Below are positions 1-11,240 of a DNA stretch of 64,000 nucleotides, in pieces (within the stretch, counting starts at the first letter, position 1; the number at the start of each line of letters is the position of its first letter). This stretch comes from Deinococcota bacterium (GTDB taxonomy: Bacteria; Deinococcota; Deinococci; Deinococcales; Thermaceae): NCBI GenBank assembly GCA_041695225.1, contig JBGFRI010000037.1, forward strand, positions 32,001 through 96,000, given 5' to 3'. Position numbers and translations under genes: made by a program. The notes under the pieces were generated by a model. The model was not told the origin of the DNA. It ran no database searches and was given only the letters and a program-made list of their open reading frames with translations.

Positions 1-70
1 CGATAGGCTGACGGAGCTGAAAGGAGAGGCAACCTCTTGTTGCCAGCTCACTACGCTTTTGCCAACTGCC

Positions 71-1132
71 TTACAACTGGTCGTAGTTGACGAGGTATGC
101 CCTTACCCGGGCCGTCTCGATCTGCCAGGTGGCCTCGGCAATGTAGGGTTTGAAACCTAAGGCATGGTTGATCTTGAGCATGGCGGCATTGGAGTCCGCA
201 TTGCCAGTGCGGACAAATCGGGCTTCGGGTAGCTCGTGCAAGATTTTAGTCAACATTTCGGCCTTCAGCCAGCGCCCCAGCCCCAGGTTGCGGAACTCCG
301 ACAGTACCCCAGTGGCCTGCTGGTCTAGAATCTGTGGACGTTTGACTTTCCAGGTGATCGCGGTATAGCCTGCAAGTCGCCCAGTGGCTTTTTCTAAAGC
401 GACCAGTGTCCAGCGTTGGTTTCCGGTTGCGAACAGCCAGTTTTCCATCTGCCGAAGTAAGTCCGGGGTCAGCTTGCTATCCTCCATCTGTAGGGAACCC
501 CTGGGCGCAGTGTTCATCACCTCCATCAATTCGGCCATTGCGGCCAGGTGCTCTTCGGGAAATGGCCCTTCCCAGAATAGCAATTCAAACCCACCGGCTT
601 TTTCTGTGGCCTGTTCGATCCAGGCAGCAAGTAGACCGCGATCCAGCTTTAGCAGATCAAGCTGGTTGGTGTGGCCTTCCAAAGCCTTCTCCGCACCCAG
701 TTTGCGCATCAGGGCTTCGCCCGAGGGAACCCGGTTATTGGTTCCGCTAATCAGCAAGCTGCGCCCTTCCTGTTCGGCCACCTCGGTAATTTTGCGCAGG
801 AGTTCAGTTTCGATTCCCTGGTCTCGGAAGTCCGGCAGCACACTAATGTTGAAATGGGCCATGTGTTGATTCTGCTCGAGGCGAATGATCTGTGCGTTAC
901 CACTGGCAATTATCCCCTTGCCATCCGGGTGATCCACCACCCAGAGCCACAGGTCGACAATTGGCGGGATATTCTGAGCCTCCTGGATGGTTTCTTCCAG
1001 TGAGTGGGGCGGGTCGTCGGGCAGGCGCTCTTTGCGCATCTGATTGCCGAACTGGTTCAGGGCCAGGTAGTCGTCTTGACCAGCGCTTTTGATATCCACC
1101 GCCCGGAGTTTACCGAGTAGATTTGCCTTCAT
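71..1132 (-). CDS. GNAT family acetyltransferase (tandem GNAT domains)
   Basis: 353-aa ORF with two acetyl-CoA motif A-like segments (VLPDFRDQGI; VLSEFRNLGLGRWLK) and C-terminal NAAMLKINHALGF. Confidence 0.85.
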   Translation of the reverse strand: MKANLLGKLRAVDIKSAGQDDYLALNQFGNQMRKERLPDDPPHSLEETIQEAQNIPPIVDLWLWVVDHPDGKGIIASGNAQIIRLEQNQHMAHFNISVLPDFRDQGIETELLRKITEVAEQEGRSLLISGTNNRVPSGEALMRKLGAEKALEGHTNQLDLLKLDRGLLAAWIEQATEKAGGFELLFWEGPFPEEHLAAMAELMEVMNTAPRGSLQMEDSKLTPDLLRQMENWLFATGNQRWTLVALEKATGRLAGYTAITWKVKRPQILDQQATGVLSEFRNLGLGRWLKAEMLTKILHELPEARFVRTGNADSNAAMLKINHALGFKPYIAEATWQIETARVRAYLVNYDQL

Positions 1133-1403
1133 TTGATAACCAGAATAGCAAGCGACGCTACCAGTAACAATATCGAGTTAATCAGCCACGATACAGCAGA
1201 GTAAGGTGCCCAATCGGGGTCGGGATGAACCAATTTTCCCCTACTAATCAGATGCCCGAATGTATAAAAAGTGGCTCTCTTAAAAATCAAGTGGGTTGTG
1301 GGGCATGAGGATTGACCAAACTCATTGTGTGTCAGGGGGAAGGTTGGGAGTATCGGGGTTGGGCTAGAGGCTAATCGGCTGCAAAAATGTGCCGCACCTT
1401 GTA

Positions 1404-2969
1404 CTACGGGAAAGAGCGCTTTTTCACGAAGAAGTCCCGCAGCAGTCTGGCCGATTCGCGCTCGAGCCAGCCCCCTTCCCACTCAAAGGGAGGTTTCAAC
1501 CCATGCACGGTCACCGCCCCGGCCTTAAGGTTTTCCACAGCGTAGACCACCCGCCGAACCTGGGCCTCTATCAGCGCCCCGAAACACATTGCGCAGGGCT
1601 CCAACGTGACGTAAATGGTGGCGCCGGGCAGCACCTTGGCTTGCTTTTTGTGCACGGCATTTTGCAGAGCCAGCAGCTCGGCGTGGGCGGTGGCATCGCG
1701 GTTTTGCTCCACCTGGTTATGAGCAGTGGCTAGCTCTTCGCCATCCCAGACCACCACCGCCCCGATGGGCACTTCTCCTTTCTGCAAGGCCAGACGGGCC
1801 TGCTTCAGGGCGGTACGCATGTGCCCCAGGTGGTCCGATTCGGGCCAGAGGTTCCAGACTTCCTGCACCGTACCGCCCAGGGCACGTACCGGCCAGACCT
1901 GCTTGAGCTCGGGGGGGACGCTGTGCTCGGTGAAAAAGTCCACCAGCCGAGCCCGGCCGCCCGGCAGCTCAATCTGGTCGCCCGGCTGGGGGAGCCTCGA
2001 GCCGGGCCAGGGTCCAAAGGCGTTCAGTATGGGAGGAATCAGGAACAGGGTGCCGTCGCGGCGGCGCACCTGCCAACCCCCGGGCAGAGTAAAGGTCTCG
2101 CCTTGCAAGGCCAGCTCGAGCTGGGTAATCCACCCGGCTTCGGGCCGCAGTCGGATCTGCTCGAGCATCTGCCGCAGGGCCCGGCGGCGCAGTCCGGCCG
2201 GGGCCTGTACCAGCGGTGCAATGCGGTAGGCTGGGCAGGGCCAGCGCCCGTCCCGTAGCAGCAGTTGTCCGGCCAGGGGGTCCAGGGCTTCGTCTTCTAG
2301 CTGGGAAATGGCCGCGAAACGCGCCAGGGATAAGCTGGTTTGCGCAAAGCGTTCTTTTAGCCGGGGGAGAATCTCGTGGCGCAGGTAGTTGCGATCCAGC
2401 GAGGTGTCGGCATTGCTGATGTCCTCCAGCCAGTCCTGCTGCTTGCTAAGCAGGTAGGCCCGCAGGGTGCTGCGGCTCACCTCCAGCAGCGGACGCACCA
2501 CCTTGCCTCGTCTGGGGCGCACCCCCAGGGCCCGGCCAGTACCCTGCAAAAGCTGCAACAACATCGTCTCGGCCTGGTCGTCCTGAGTGTGGGCAGTCAG
2601 AATGGCCTGGGCCTGGTGCTTCCTGGCCACCCTGGCCAGAAAGCCATAGCGTAAATCTCGCGCGGTGGCCTCGAGGTTCTCCCCCCGTCCGCTGGCAATC
2701 TGAGCCACATCCAGTTTTTCCGTCTCGCAGGTGTACCCCAGACGTTCGGCCAGCGACCTGACCCACAATGCCTGATCGGCCGAATCGGAACGCAAGGAGT
2801 GGTCAAGATGGGCCACCACCACCTTGCGGGGGGTAGAAGTGAGCAGCAGTAGCAGTGCAACCGAGTCGCTACCGCCCGAGACCGCCGCCACCAGGCTGCC
2901 CTCGGGAACCATGCGGGTCAGATGGTCGGCAAAATGGTCTTCTAGCTGGCCAGAATCTACCAGATTCAC
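1404..2969 (-). CDS. tilS: fused tRNA(Ile)-lysidine synthase / tRNA adenosine deaminase
   Basis: N-terminal PP-loop SGGSDS, EATARDLRY, AHTQDDQAET, NYLRHEILP; C-terminal deaminase EVPIGAV, HAE, TLEPCAMC. Confidence 0.93.
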   Translation of the reverse strand: MNLVDSGQLEDHFADHLTRMVPEGSLVAAVSGGSDSVALLLLLTSTPRKVVVAHLDHSLRSDSADQALWVRSLAERLGYTCETEKLDVAQIASGRGENLEATARDLRYGFLARVARKHQAQAILTAHTQDDQAETMLLQLLQGTGRALGVRPRRGKVVRPLLEVSRSTLRAYLLSKQQDWLEDISNADTSLDRNYLRHEILPRLKERFAQTSLSLARFAAISQLEDEALDPLAGQLLLRDGRWPCPAYRIAPLVQAPAGLRRRALRQMLEQIRLRPEAGWITQLELALQGETFTLPGGWQVRRRDGTLFLIPPILNAFGPWPGSRLPQPGDQIELPGGRARLVDFFTEHSVPPELKQVWPVRALGGTVQEVWNLWPESDHLGHMRTALKQARLALQKGEVPIGAVVVWDGEELATAHNQVEQNRDATAHAELLALQNAVHKKQAKVLPGATIYVTLEPCAMCFGALIEAQVRRVVYAVENLKAGAVTVHGLKPPFEWEGGWLERESARLLRDFFVKKRSFP

Positions 2970-2987
2970 CCTTATATGCTATAGGTT

Positions 2988-4121
2988 ATGACCCCATTCC
3001 CCAATCTCCGCTTCGATTTTGACGCCTATCCCTATCTCACCCCGGACTTGCCAGGGTGGGGTGGCATTATTCGTCATCGGCCCGGAGATTTTCAGGTCTA
3101 CGAGGTTCCCGCCTATAGCCCAGCGGGTGCGGGGGAACACCTGCTGGTGTTAATTGAAAAAGAAGGCCTGACCACCCGCGCAGTTTTCGAGTTTTTGCGC
3201 GACCGGCTACACATCAACCAGGCCCAGATTGGGGTGGCGGGCCTGAAAGACAAACACGCCCTGACCCGCCAGTGGTTCAGCATTCCGGCCCGCCACCAGG
3301 AGCGTTTGGAAAGCCTGTCCGAACTGCAAGGGGTAAGGGTGCTGGAACGCGGCCTGCACCCACACAAGCTGCGGATAGGGCATCTGCGGGGCAACCGCTT
3401 TCGCATCCTGATGCGTGCGAGCCAGGAACCGCTGGTAGAACCGGCAGATGGGGTAGAAGGGGCAGATCTCGATCCACCGCTACTGCGGGTTGGGGCAGTT
3501 CTGCAAAGGTTAGAACGCCAGGGAGTACCCAACTACTACGGCCCTCAGCGGTTTGGCATTGGGGGGCTGAACCCCATCAAGGGTTATGAGCTGGCTACCA
3601 CAGGCAAGGTACACAGCCCTTCCTGGCTCAAAAAGTTTCTGCTTTCGAGCCTGCAAAGCCTGCTATTTAATGACTGGCTGGCCCTGCGCCTGCAGATGGG
3701 GCTATTCGGGCAGGTCATCTTGGGCGATGTCGCCAAGAAACACGATACTGGTGGGGAGTTTGTAGTACAGGACCCTGCCGCAGAAAACCCACGCGCCCTG
3801 CGTTTTGAAATAAGCGCTACCGGAGCGTTGTATGGCAAGAAATACCGCGAAGCCGAGGGCCCAGCCCGCGCCCTCGAGGACCAGATTTTACAGAAATATG
3901 GGCTACAGCGCTCCCAGTTTGCTACACGCCGGGGAGACCGGCGCCTGATCCGCTTCCCCCTGAGCGAGTGGAGCCTTGAAGAGAACCGGGAGGGGCTCTG
4001 GGTGAGCTTTTTTCTGCCAAAGGGCGCCTACGCTACTGCAGTGCTACGCGAGGTGATGAAAAAGAACCCCGAAGAAGGTGAGCTCGAGTTAGAGCTGAGC
4101 GAAGCCGAACCGCCGGCATAG
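2988..4121 (+). CDS. truD: tRNA pseudouridine(13) synthase
   Basis: AGLKDKHALTRQW, LRGNRFRI, PNYYGPQRFG, FFLPKGAYAT motifs. Confidence 0.95.
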   Translation: MTPFPNLRFDFDAYPYLTPDLPGWGGIIRHRPGDFQVYEVPAYSPAGAGEHLLVLIEKEGLTTRAVFEFLRDRLHINQAQIGVAGLKDKHALTRQWFSIPARHQERLESLSELQGVRVLERGLHPHKLRIGHLRGNRFRILMRASQEPLVEPADGVEGADLDPPLLRVGAVLQRLERQGVPNYYGPQRFGIGGLNPIKGYELATTGKVHSPSWLKKFLLSSLQSLLFNDWLALRLQMGLFGQVILGDVAKKHDTGGEFVVQDPAAENPRALRFEISATGALYGKKYREAEGPARALEDQILQKYGLQRSQFATRRGDRRLIRFPLSEWSLEENREGLWVSFFLPKGAYATAVLREVMKKNPEEGELELELSEAEPPA

Positions 4122-4346
4122 CCCACGGTTTGGAAATAGTTGCTTCACTGGTTTGAAACCAGGTTATCTTTGGATCGGTAAAAAATCCCCTGGCGCCATA
4201 GCATCGCCACCTTGGGCCAAGGTGCCCAGGCTAGTCTAGCCCGCACCTTTTCTTGCATAGTAGGCTGAGTTTGGCATAGCCTGGGCGGGTCCTAGCCTGC
4301 TCCAGCTAAACCGAATTGATTTGCCCTGGGTTATGATTTAAGTATT

Positions 4347-4823
4347 ATGTTGAAGACTGGCGACCAAGCCCCCATCTTTACCCTCCCCGATCAGGAAGGT
4401 AAGCTGCACCAGCTAAGCAATTACCGAGGACGCTGGGTGGTGCTTTACTTCTATCCCAAGGACGATACCCCTGGTTGCACTAAGGAAGCCTGCAACTTCC
4501 GCGACAAAAAAGCTCGTCTGGAGGAGTTGGGTGCGGTGGTGCTGGGCGTTTCTGCCGATGACGTGCACAGCCACGCCAAGTTTCATAGCAAGTATGGCCT
4601 CAACTTTCCCCTGCTCAGCAACCCCGACAAGGAAATGATTCGCTCATATGGGGCCTGGGGCCTGAAGAGCTTTATGGGCAGAGAGTATGAAGGGGTTTTT
4701 CGAGTGACCTACCTGATTGACCCCAAAGGCCAGGTGGCCAGGGTCTGGAATAAAGTAAAGCCCGACGATCATGCCACAGAGGTTGCTGAAGCCCTGGCCC
4801 TGCTCCAGAAGCAGCAGGGCTAG
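4347..4823 (+). CDS. bcp: thioredoxin-dependent thiol peroxidase (BCP/PrxQ)
   Basis: YFYPKDDTPGCTKEACNFRD motif. Confidence 0.95.
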   Translation: MLKTGDQAPIFTLPDQEGKLHQLSNYRGRWVVLYFYPKDDTPGCTKEACNFRDKKARLEELGAVVLGVSADDVHSHAKFHSKYGLNFPLLSNPDKEMIRSYGAWGLKSFMGREYEGVFRVTYLIDPKGQVARVWNKVKPDDHATEVAEALALLQKQQG

Positions 4824-5609
<786 letters not shown>

Positions 5610-5645
5610 ATATGCTCTGGATTAGAAGCCCCAGGTTCAGCGCAC

Positions 5646-5777
5646 TTGTCAAAGCCGCTCAAACCAGCCTAAAATACCTTTTGTGAAAGGGTGTAGCTTT
5701 TTGGCCCGAATGATGCGAATGTCCCGACGGTAGCTTTAGAGCTGTCGGAGGGGCGCATTTGCGCCCCTGCTCTTTTT
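5646..5777 (+). promoter_or_regulatory. metG promoter, Met-rich leader ORF (5683-5733) and terminator-like hairpin (candidate attenuator)
   Basis: TTGTCA-N18-TAAAAT; GTG 7 nt downstream opens MKGCSFLARMMRMSRR*; hairpin AGGGGCGC-ATTT-GCGCCCCT followed by GCTCTTTTT. Confidence 0.6.
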
Positions 5778-5836
5778 CGGTAGCACCGAGCTTTGTCACT
5801 GGCTCTAGAACAACTAAAATCTAAAGGAGTAACCAC

Positions 5837-7771
5837 GTGAGCAAAATCTTTTACGAAACCGCCGCCATTGATTATTCAAACGCGGCCCCGCATATCGGCC
5901 ACGTCTACGAGAAAATCATCTGCGACTTTCTGGCGCGCTTTCACCGGCTAGATGGCTACGATACCAACTTTGTGACCGGAACCGACGAACACGGTGAAAA
6001 AATTGCCCGTGCAGCCAGAAATGCCGGACAGGAGCCCCAGGCTTTTGTAGACTACGTATCTGAACAGCTCTTCCAGCCTGCCTACCAGCGCCTGCTGATC
6101 AGCTACGACGACTATATCCGCACCTCCTCCGAGCGTCACAAGCGCTATGTGCAGGAAATCCTGCGCAAGGTTTACCAGTCCGGCGATATCTACTACGCCG
6201 AGTATGAAGGGCTCTATTCGGTGGGCTCGGAACGCTTTGTAACCGAGAAGGAGCTGGTGGGTGGTATTCTGCCCGGTGATTCCGAGCCGCCCGTACTGCG
6301 CAAAGAGGCCAACTACTTTTTCCGCATGGAGAAGTACCGGCCCTGGCTGGTGCAGTACCTGCGCGACCACCCCGGTCTGATCCAGCCTCAGGCTTACCGT
6401 AACGAAGTGCTGGAAATCCTCAAGGAGCCGGTTGGCGATCTCTCTATCTCGCGTCCTAAGGACCGTGTGCCCTGGGGCATCCCCATCCCCTGGGACGAAA
6501 ACCACGTGACCTATGTCTGGTTCGATGCGCTGCTGGCCTATGCCTCCTCGCTGGTTAGCCGAGGGCTTTTTGAGAAGTACTGGCCCCATGCCTGGCATGT
6601 GATAGGCAAGGATATCCTCAAGCCCCACGCCATCTTCTGGCCGACTATGCTCAAAAGCGCGGGCCTGCCCATCTACCAGCGTCTGGTGGTTCACGGGCAC
6701 ATTCTGGCCATGGATGGGCGCAAGATGGGCAAGAGTCTGGGCAACGCCATCGACCCCCTGGCCTTGGTAGATAAATTTGGGGTGGATGCAGTGCATTATG
6801 CCCTGCTGCGTGATACCAACCTGGGTTCAGACAGCCCCTTTGGTGAAGAGGTGGTGGCGCAGCGACTTAACTCCGACCTGGCCAACGACCTGGGCAACCT
6901 CCTGTCCCGCGTGCGCACTATGCTGCTCAGATACTGCGGCGGCAGTATCCCCAGACCCTCCCCACCCGACTCCGAGATTGCGCGTACGGGTGTGGCGCTG
7001 GCCCAGAAGGTGCGCAAGGAAGTGGACGCCCTGCGGATTCACCTGGCTTTGGAAGAGGTTCTGCAGTATGTGCGCAGCCTCAACAAGTTTGTCAACGACG
7101 CCCGCCCCTGGGAACTGGCCCGCGACGAAGACAGAAAAGAGGAGCTGGAAGATGCGCTTTATACAGCGGTAGAGGGGCTGCGAATTGTCAGTGTGCTCTT
7201 GGAGCCAGCCCTCCCGACCAAGGCCAAAGAGCTCCGGGCAGCCCTGGGCCTGGGTGATTTTAGCATCGCCCAGACCGAAACCTGGGGTCTATCTCCGGCC
7301 GGGACCAGGGTTCCCACCGAGGCCCCCATCCTGTTTCCCAGGGTCGAGACCAAGGCTGCCGAGGGTTCAGGCCTTAGCCCCCAGAGTCCCGAGCCTTCCC
7401 CAGTACCATCCACCAGCCACCAGCCACCAGCCTTCACCGAAAACGGGCAGATTAGCATGGGCGAGTTCTCCAGGCTGGATTTTCGGGTAGCCGAGGTGAT
7501 TAGAGCAGAAAAACACCCCAGGGCCGATAAACTTCTGGTGCTGACCCTGAATGTGGGTGACCACACCCGCCAGGTGGTGGCGGGAATTGCCGAGCACTAC
7601 TCACCTGAGAGTCTGTTGGGCAAAAAACTTGTGCTAGTAGCCAATCTAAAGCCGGCCATGCTGCGTGGAATCGAGTCCCAGGGAATGATTCTGGCTGGCC
7701 AGAGCGCCGAGGGCAGAATCGTGGTGGTTACGCCCGAGCAAGACCTACCGCCGGGGGCCAAGGTGCGGTAG
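5837..7771 (+). CDS. metG: methionine--tRNA ligase with C-terminal tRNA-binding domain
   Basis: HIGH, GTDEHG, YVWFDAL, KMGKS; C-terminal HPRADKLL...LRGIESQGMIL; SD AAAGGAG. Confidence 0.96.
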   Translation: MSKIFYETAAIDYSNAAPHIGHVYEKIICDFLARFHRLDGYDTNFVTGTDEHGEKIARAARNAGQEPQAFVDYVSEQLFQPAYQRLLISYDDYIRTSSERHKRYVQEILRKVYQSGDIYYAEYEGLYSVGSERFVTEKELVGGILPGDSEPPVLRKEANYFFRMEKYRPWLVQYLRDHPGLIQPQAYRNEVLEILKEPVGDLSISRPKDRVPWGIPIPWDENHVTYVWFDALLAYASSLVSRGLFEKYWPHAWHVIGKDILKPHAIFWPTMLKSAGLPIYQRLVVHGHILAMDGRKMGKSLGNAIDPLALVDKFGVDAVHYALLRDTNLGSDSPFGEEVVAQRLNSDLANDLGNLLSRVRTMLLRYCGGSIPRPSPPDSEIARTGVALAQKVRKEVDALRIHLALEEVLQYVRSLNKFVNDARPWELARDEDRKEELEDALYTAVEGLRIVSVLLEPALPTKAKELRAALGLGDFSIAQTETWGLSPAGTRVPTEAPILFPRVETKAAEGSGLSPQSPEPSPVPSTSHQPPAFTENGQISMGEFSRLDFRVAEVIRAEKHPRADKLLVLTLNVGDHTRQVVAGIAEHYSPESLLGKKLVLVANLKPAMLRGIESQGMILAGQSAEGRIVVVTPEQDLPPGAKVR

Positions 7772-7774
7772 TGA

Positions 7775-7880
7775 GGGCTAATAGCCCATAGCCTGTAGTT
7801 AGTCGATGGTCGATAGCGTATAGTCGATAGAAAACAGCCTTTGGCTACCGACCATAGACCATGGACTATAGACCATAGAC
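7775..7880. repeat. 7-mer tandem arrays (GTCGATA/GACCATA type)
   Basis: gtcgatggtcgatagcgtatagtcgatag ... gaccatagaccatggactatagaccatagac between convergent metG and aroH. Confidence 0.8.
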
Positions 7881-7882
7881 GC

Positions 7883-8251
7883 TCATTGCGCACTTTCCAG
7901 ATCGGGCCGCAGACGCACGGCATCGCGCAGATAGACGTGTTTGACCTGTTTTTGTGAGAGGTGGGTATTCCAGAGAATCATTACTCTGATTACCCGCGAC
8001 AAAGCCCCCGGAACCGGAACTTCGCGGGAGTTGATGAGTGGTACCATCTGCATCCCTAACTGTCTGGCAGCCTCGGCAGGGAAGGCCGCGCAGAGGTCGT
8101 CGGTAAGGGTAAAGATCATGGCCCCAATGGTGTCTAAATCGCTGATCTGGTTGGCCTCGAGCATCTTTTGCAACAGCTCGCGGGCAGAGCTTAGAATGGC
8201 CTCCCGTGTGTCTTCTTCGACGGTGATAGCGCCGCGTATCCCCCTGGTCAT
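7883..8251 (-). CDS. aroH: chorismate mutase, AroH class
   Basis: MTRGIRGAITV, FPAEAAR, HVYLRDAVRLRPDL; start taken at ATG 7 nt after TAGAAT. Confidence 0.93.
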   Translation of the reverse strand: MTRGIRGAITVEEDTREAILSSARELLQKMLEANQISDLDTIGAMIFTLTDDLCAAFPAEAARQLGMQMVPLINSREVPVPGALSRVIRVMILWNTHLSQKQVKHVYLRDAVRLRPDLESAQ

Positions 8252-8294
8252 CTGGTGGATTCTACCCCCGGCTTGCCCCACACGGCTAGACCTG

Positions 8295-8590
8295 CTATCA
8301 AAGGTCAAAGGTCTATGGTCGAAGGTCGAAGGTTGCAGGTCTAAAGCCAGTCGCAGGTCGCAGGTCGCAAGTCGCAGGTCAGAAGTGGGTCGAGGGTCAC
8401 AGGTCTAAAGTCGAAGGTTGAAGGTCAAATGCTATCAGCTATCGGCTATTAGCTATGAGCTAATGGAATGTCGCAGGTCGCAGGTCAGAAGTGGGTCGAG
8501 GGTCGAGGGTCACAGGTCTAAAGTCAAAGGTCGAAGGTCAAATGCTATCAGCGATCGGCTATTAGCTATGAGCTAATGGAATGTTGCGGG
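8295..8590. repeat. 7-mer arrays containing a ~115-bp tandem duplication
   Basis: GGTCGCA/GGTCGAA/GCTATCA heptamers; block gtcgcaggtcagaagtgggtcgagggtc...agctatgagctaatggaatg occurs twice. Confidence 0.85.
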
Positions 8591-8670
8591 CCGACGGCTT
8601 GCCCAGCATGGTTAGACCTGCTATAGTACATTGGTTAGCTGCACGGCAAAATCCGTGCTTAGGAGAAAGT

Positions 8671-8898
8671 ATGAAACCAAAAATTCACCCCAGGCTGGTT
8701 CCCTGCAAAATCATCTGCAACGGTCAGGTAGTCATGCAGACCTATAGCACCAAACCGGAAATTCACGTCGAAGTCTGGAGCGGCAACCACCCTTTCTGGA
8801 CAGGTCAGCAGCGTTTTGTGGACACCGAGGGCCGGGTCGAGAAGTTCCAGAAAAAATTCGCTGGCAGCTACGGCAAAAGGGCTGCCAAGAAAACGTAG
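8671..8898 (+). CDS. rpmE: 50S ribosomal protein L31
   Basis: MKPKIHP...[27 protein letters not shown]. Confidence 0.96.
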   Translation: MKPKIHPRLVPCKIICNGQVVMQTYSTKPEIHVEVWSGNHPFWTGQQRFVDTEGRVEKFQKKFAGSYGKRAAKKT

Positions 8899-9033
8899 TT
8901 TTGTTCAAGGTTAGCCCGCGGCGGTCATTTTTACCTGAGTCCTGGTCAGAATACTGACCTGGGCTTTTTGCTACTTCCTTCACCCACCGGTCATAGGCTT
9001 TCACTGGTCTGGCTGATATGCTATGCCCCGGCT

Positions 9034-9642
9034 ATGAGTCTGCCGCATTTTCCGCATCACCAGGGCTGGATAGAGGTTGTGGTTGGGCCGATGTTCTCGG
9101 GAAAGTCGGAAGAGCTTATCAGGCGCATCAATCGTTCCCTGATTGCCCGGCAGCGGGTGCTGGTTTTCAAGCCGCAGCTGGATGACCGATACCACCGGAC
9201 TGAGGTGTCTAGCCACGATGGTAGGCGGGCCCTGGCCATTCCGGTACGGGATTCGGCCGAGCTTCGGGCATACCTGAGCGACCCCTTACCCGATGTGCTG
9301 GCGGTGGATGAAGCTCAGTTTTTTGACCGGGGCTTGGTTGGCTTAGTGCTGGAGATGGCCAATAAGGGCGTCAGGGTTATTTGTGCCGGACTGGACATGG
9401 ATTTTCGGGGTGAACCATTTGGAGTTATTCCTGATCTGTTGACCCGGGCAGAGTATGTGGAAAAGCTCTGTGCGGTCTGCGCGGTCTGTGGGGCGCCCGC
9501 TACCCGCACCCAGCGCTTTGTTAATGGCAAGCCGGCCCGATATGACGATCCGGTGATTCTGGTGGGGGCCAGCGAAGCCTACGAACCGCGCTGCCGAAAG
9601 TGTCATACTGTGATTGGGCGTGAGGTGCAGGAGATACTTTGA
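9034..9642 (+). CDS. tdk: thymidine kinase
   Basis: [29 protein letters not shown], Zn Cys motifs. Confidence 0.96.
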   Translation: MSLPHFPHHQGWIEVVVGPMFSGKSEELIRRINRSLIARQRVLVFKPQLDDRYHRTEVSSHDGRRALAIPVRDSAELRAYLSDPLPDVLAVDEAQFFDRGLVGLVLEMANKGVRVICAGLDMDFRGEPFGVIPDLLTRAEYVEKLCAVCAVCGAPATRTQRFVNGKPARYDDPVILVGASEAYEPRCRKCHTVIGREVQEIL

Positions 9643-9789
9643 AGAACGCCTGAGGTCGCAGGCTTTGCCAAAAGGAGTCTACGGGCACGGTGGCACCCTT
9701 GACCTTGCAAAATCAGACACAAGGGTCTCGGGTCGCAAGCCAGATGTAAGACCAAAGACCAGGCCGGCATGGCCCTGGAGAGCGACCGT

Positions 9790-10191
9790 CTACTTCTTAC
9801 CCTTTCGCGGGGCTTGTGCTTTTTTTAGCACCAGTTCCAGCACTCCGCTCTTGAGTGTGGCCTGGGCACTGTTGGGAAGAATGGGCTCGGGCAGGTTCAG
9901 GGTGCGGCGGAATGAACCAGTGTAGCGCTCCTGGTGCAAGTGGCTGCCCTCGAGGGGGTGCCTTACGCCAGCCAGAGTGATGGTCTGGCCTTCCTCGTGC
10001 AGCTCGAGGTCTTGGTTTTTTACGCCTGGCAGATCTACCAGAATGCGATACTGGCGGCCTTCATCGAGCACATCCACGGCCGGAACCCAGCCGCCAAGTG
10101 CTTGCTGGGAGGAGATCTGCCGCGAGAGTTCGTCGAGTTGCTGGCGAATGGTCTGCAGGCGCTCAAAGGCATCAAAACGCTCAATGGACAT
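9790..10191 (-). CDS. Hsp20/alpha-crystallin small heat shock protein
   Basis: [34 protein letters not shown]. Confidence 0.92.
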   Translation of the reverse strand: MSIERFDAFERLQTIRQQLDELSRQISSQQALGGWVPAVDVLDEGRQYRILVDLPGVKNQDLELHEEGQTITLAGVRHPLEGSHLHQERYTGSFRRTLNLPEPILPNSAQATLKSGVLELVLKKAQAPRKGKK

Positions 10192-10230
10192 GGTCTTGAG
10201 AATATCATGATCAGACGGTTGGGATTAGCT

Positions 10231-11157
10231 ATGCGCGAGCCGAGTACCAAACAACCCCTGGCCATTCCGGTCCTGGCCGGGCCAACTGCTAGCGGCAAGA
10301 CCGAGCTGGCGCTGCGCCTGGCTGAACACCTCCCAGTTGAGGTGGTGTCGGCTGACGCCAGCATGGTTTATCTGGGAATGGATATCGGCACGGCCAAGCC
10401 CAGCAGAAGCGAGCGCGAGCGGGTCAGGCACCACTTGATAGACCTGTTACTACCCAGCCAGGCTTTCAGCGTGTCGGAATACGTGAGCTACGCAGAAGCT
10501 GCAATCTGCCAGAGCCTTGAACGTGGCAGTATTCCACTGGTGGTGGGCGGAACGGGTTACTACATCCGCGCCCTGTCGGAGGGAGTGTACCAGCTGCCAG
10601 AACCAGACCTGCAGGTACAGGCCGAAATCTGGAGGGAGCTCGAAAGCCGGGGCCTCGAGGCCATGCTAAGGGAGCTACGCACAGCCAGTCCCGCCGATGC
10701 CCAGCGGGTGCAGCGCAACCCTCGGCGGGTGGTACGAGCGCTAGAAATTTTGCGCCGGGGTGGGCTTCCACCTGCAAAGGCCGCCAGGCGCCAGCCCCTT
10801 TTTGTATATCGCAAGCTAATTTTATGGCCTTCCTGGCAGTGGCTTCTGCCCCGGTTGGAGGCTCGAGTCAAGCGCATGTTTGAGCAAGGACTGGTGGAGG
10901 AGGTTGAAGGCTTGCTGGCAGCCTATCCACAAATGCCAACTGCGCTGCAAAGCATTGGCTATAAGGAGGTTGCAAGCTATCTGAGTGGAGAGTGTACCCT
11001 CCTTGAGGCCCAACAGACTATTCTTCAGGCCACCAGGGCCTATGCCAAGCGGCAGTACACCTGGTTTCGCAAGGAACCCGGCAGGGTCGCTTTTTTGCCC
11101 TGTGCAGGGGAGGAGGCCTGGGCCGGGGTGCGGGACTGGTTTGGGTCGGGCCAGTAA
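10231..11157 (+). CDS. miaA: tRNA dimethylallyltransferase
   Basis: [39 protein letters not shown]. Confidence 0.96.
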   Translation: MREPSTKQPLAIPVLAGPTASGKTELALRLAEHLPVEVVSADASMVYLGMDIGTAKPSRSERERVRHHLIDLLLPSQAFSVSEYVSYAEAAICQSLERGSIPLVVGGTGYYIRALSEGVYQLPEPDLQVQAEIWRELESRGLEAMLRELRTASPADAQRVQRNPRRVVRALEILRRGGLPPAKAARRQPLFVYRKLILWPSWQWLLPRLEARVKRMFEQGLVEEVEGLLAAYPQMPTALQSIGYKEVASYLSGECTLLEAQQTILQATRAYAKRQYTWFRKEPGRVAFLPCAGEEAWAGVRDWFGSGQ

Positions 11158-11240
11158 AGGCCAGCAACCAGGTGCCGCGATAGGGGCGGGCGAATGTCCC
11201 AAGGCTCGACAATTGCCCTACCGGCCTTATCATGGGCGGT

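Noticed and set aside
5680..5830. T-box or SAM riboswitch before metG
   Set aside because: No T-box GGTGGNACC sequence or SAM-I core is visible, and the leader is short.
9934..10230. N-terminal extension of MiaA
   Set aside because: Overlaps hsp20 on the opposite strand; MiaA motifs begin after 10231.
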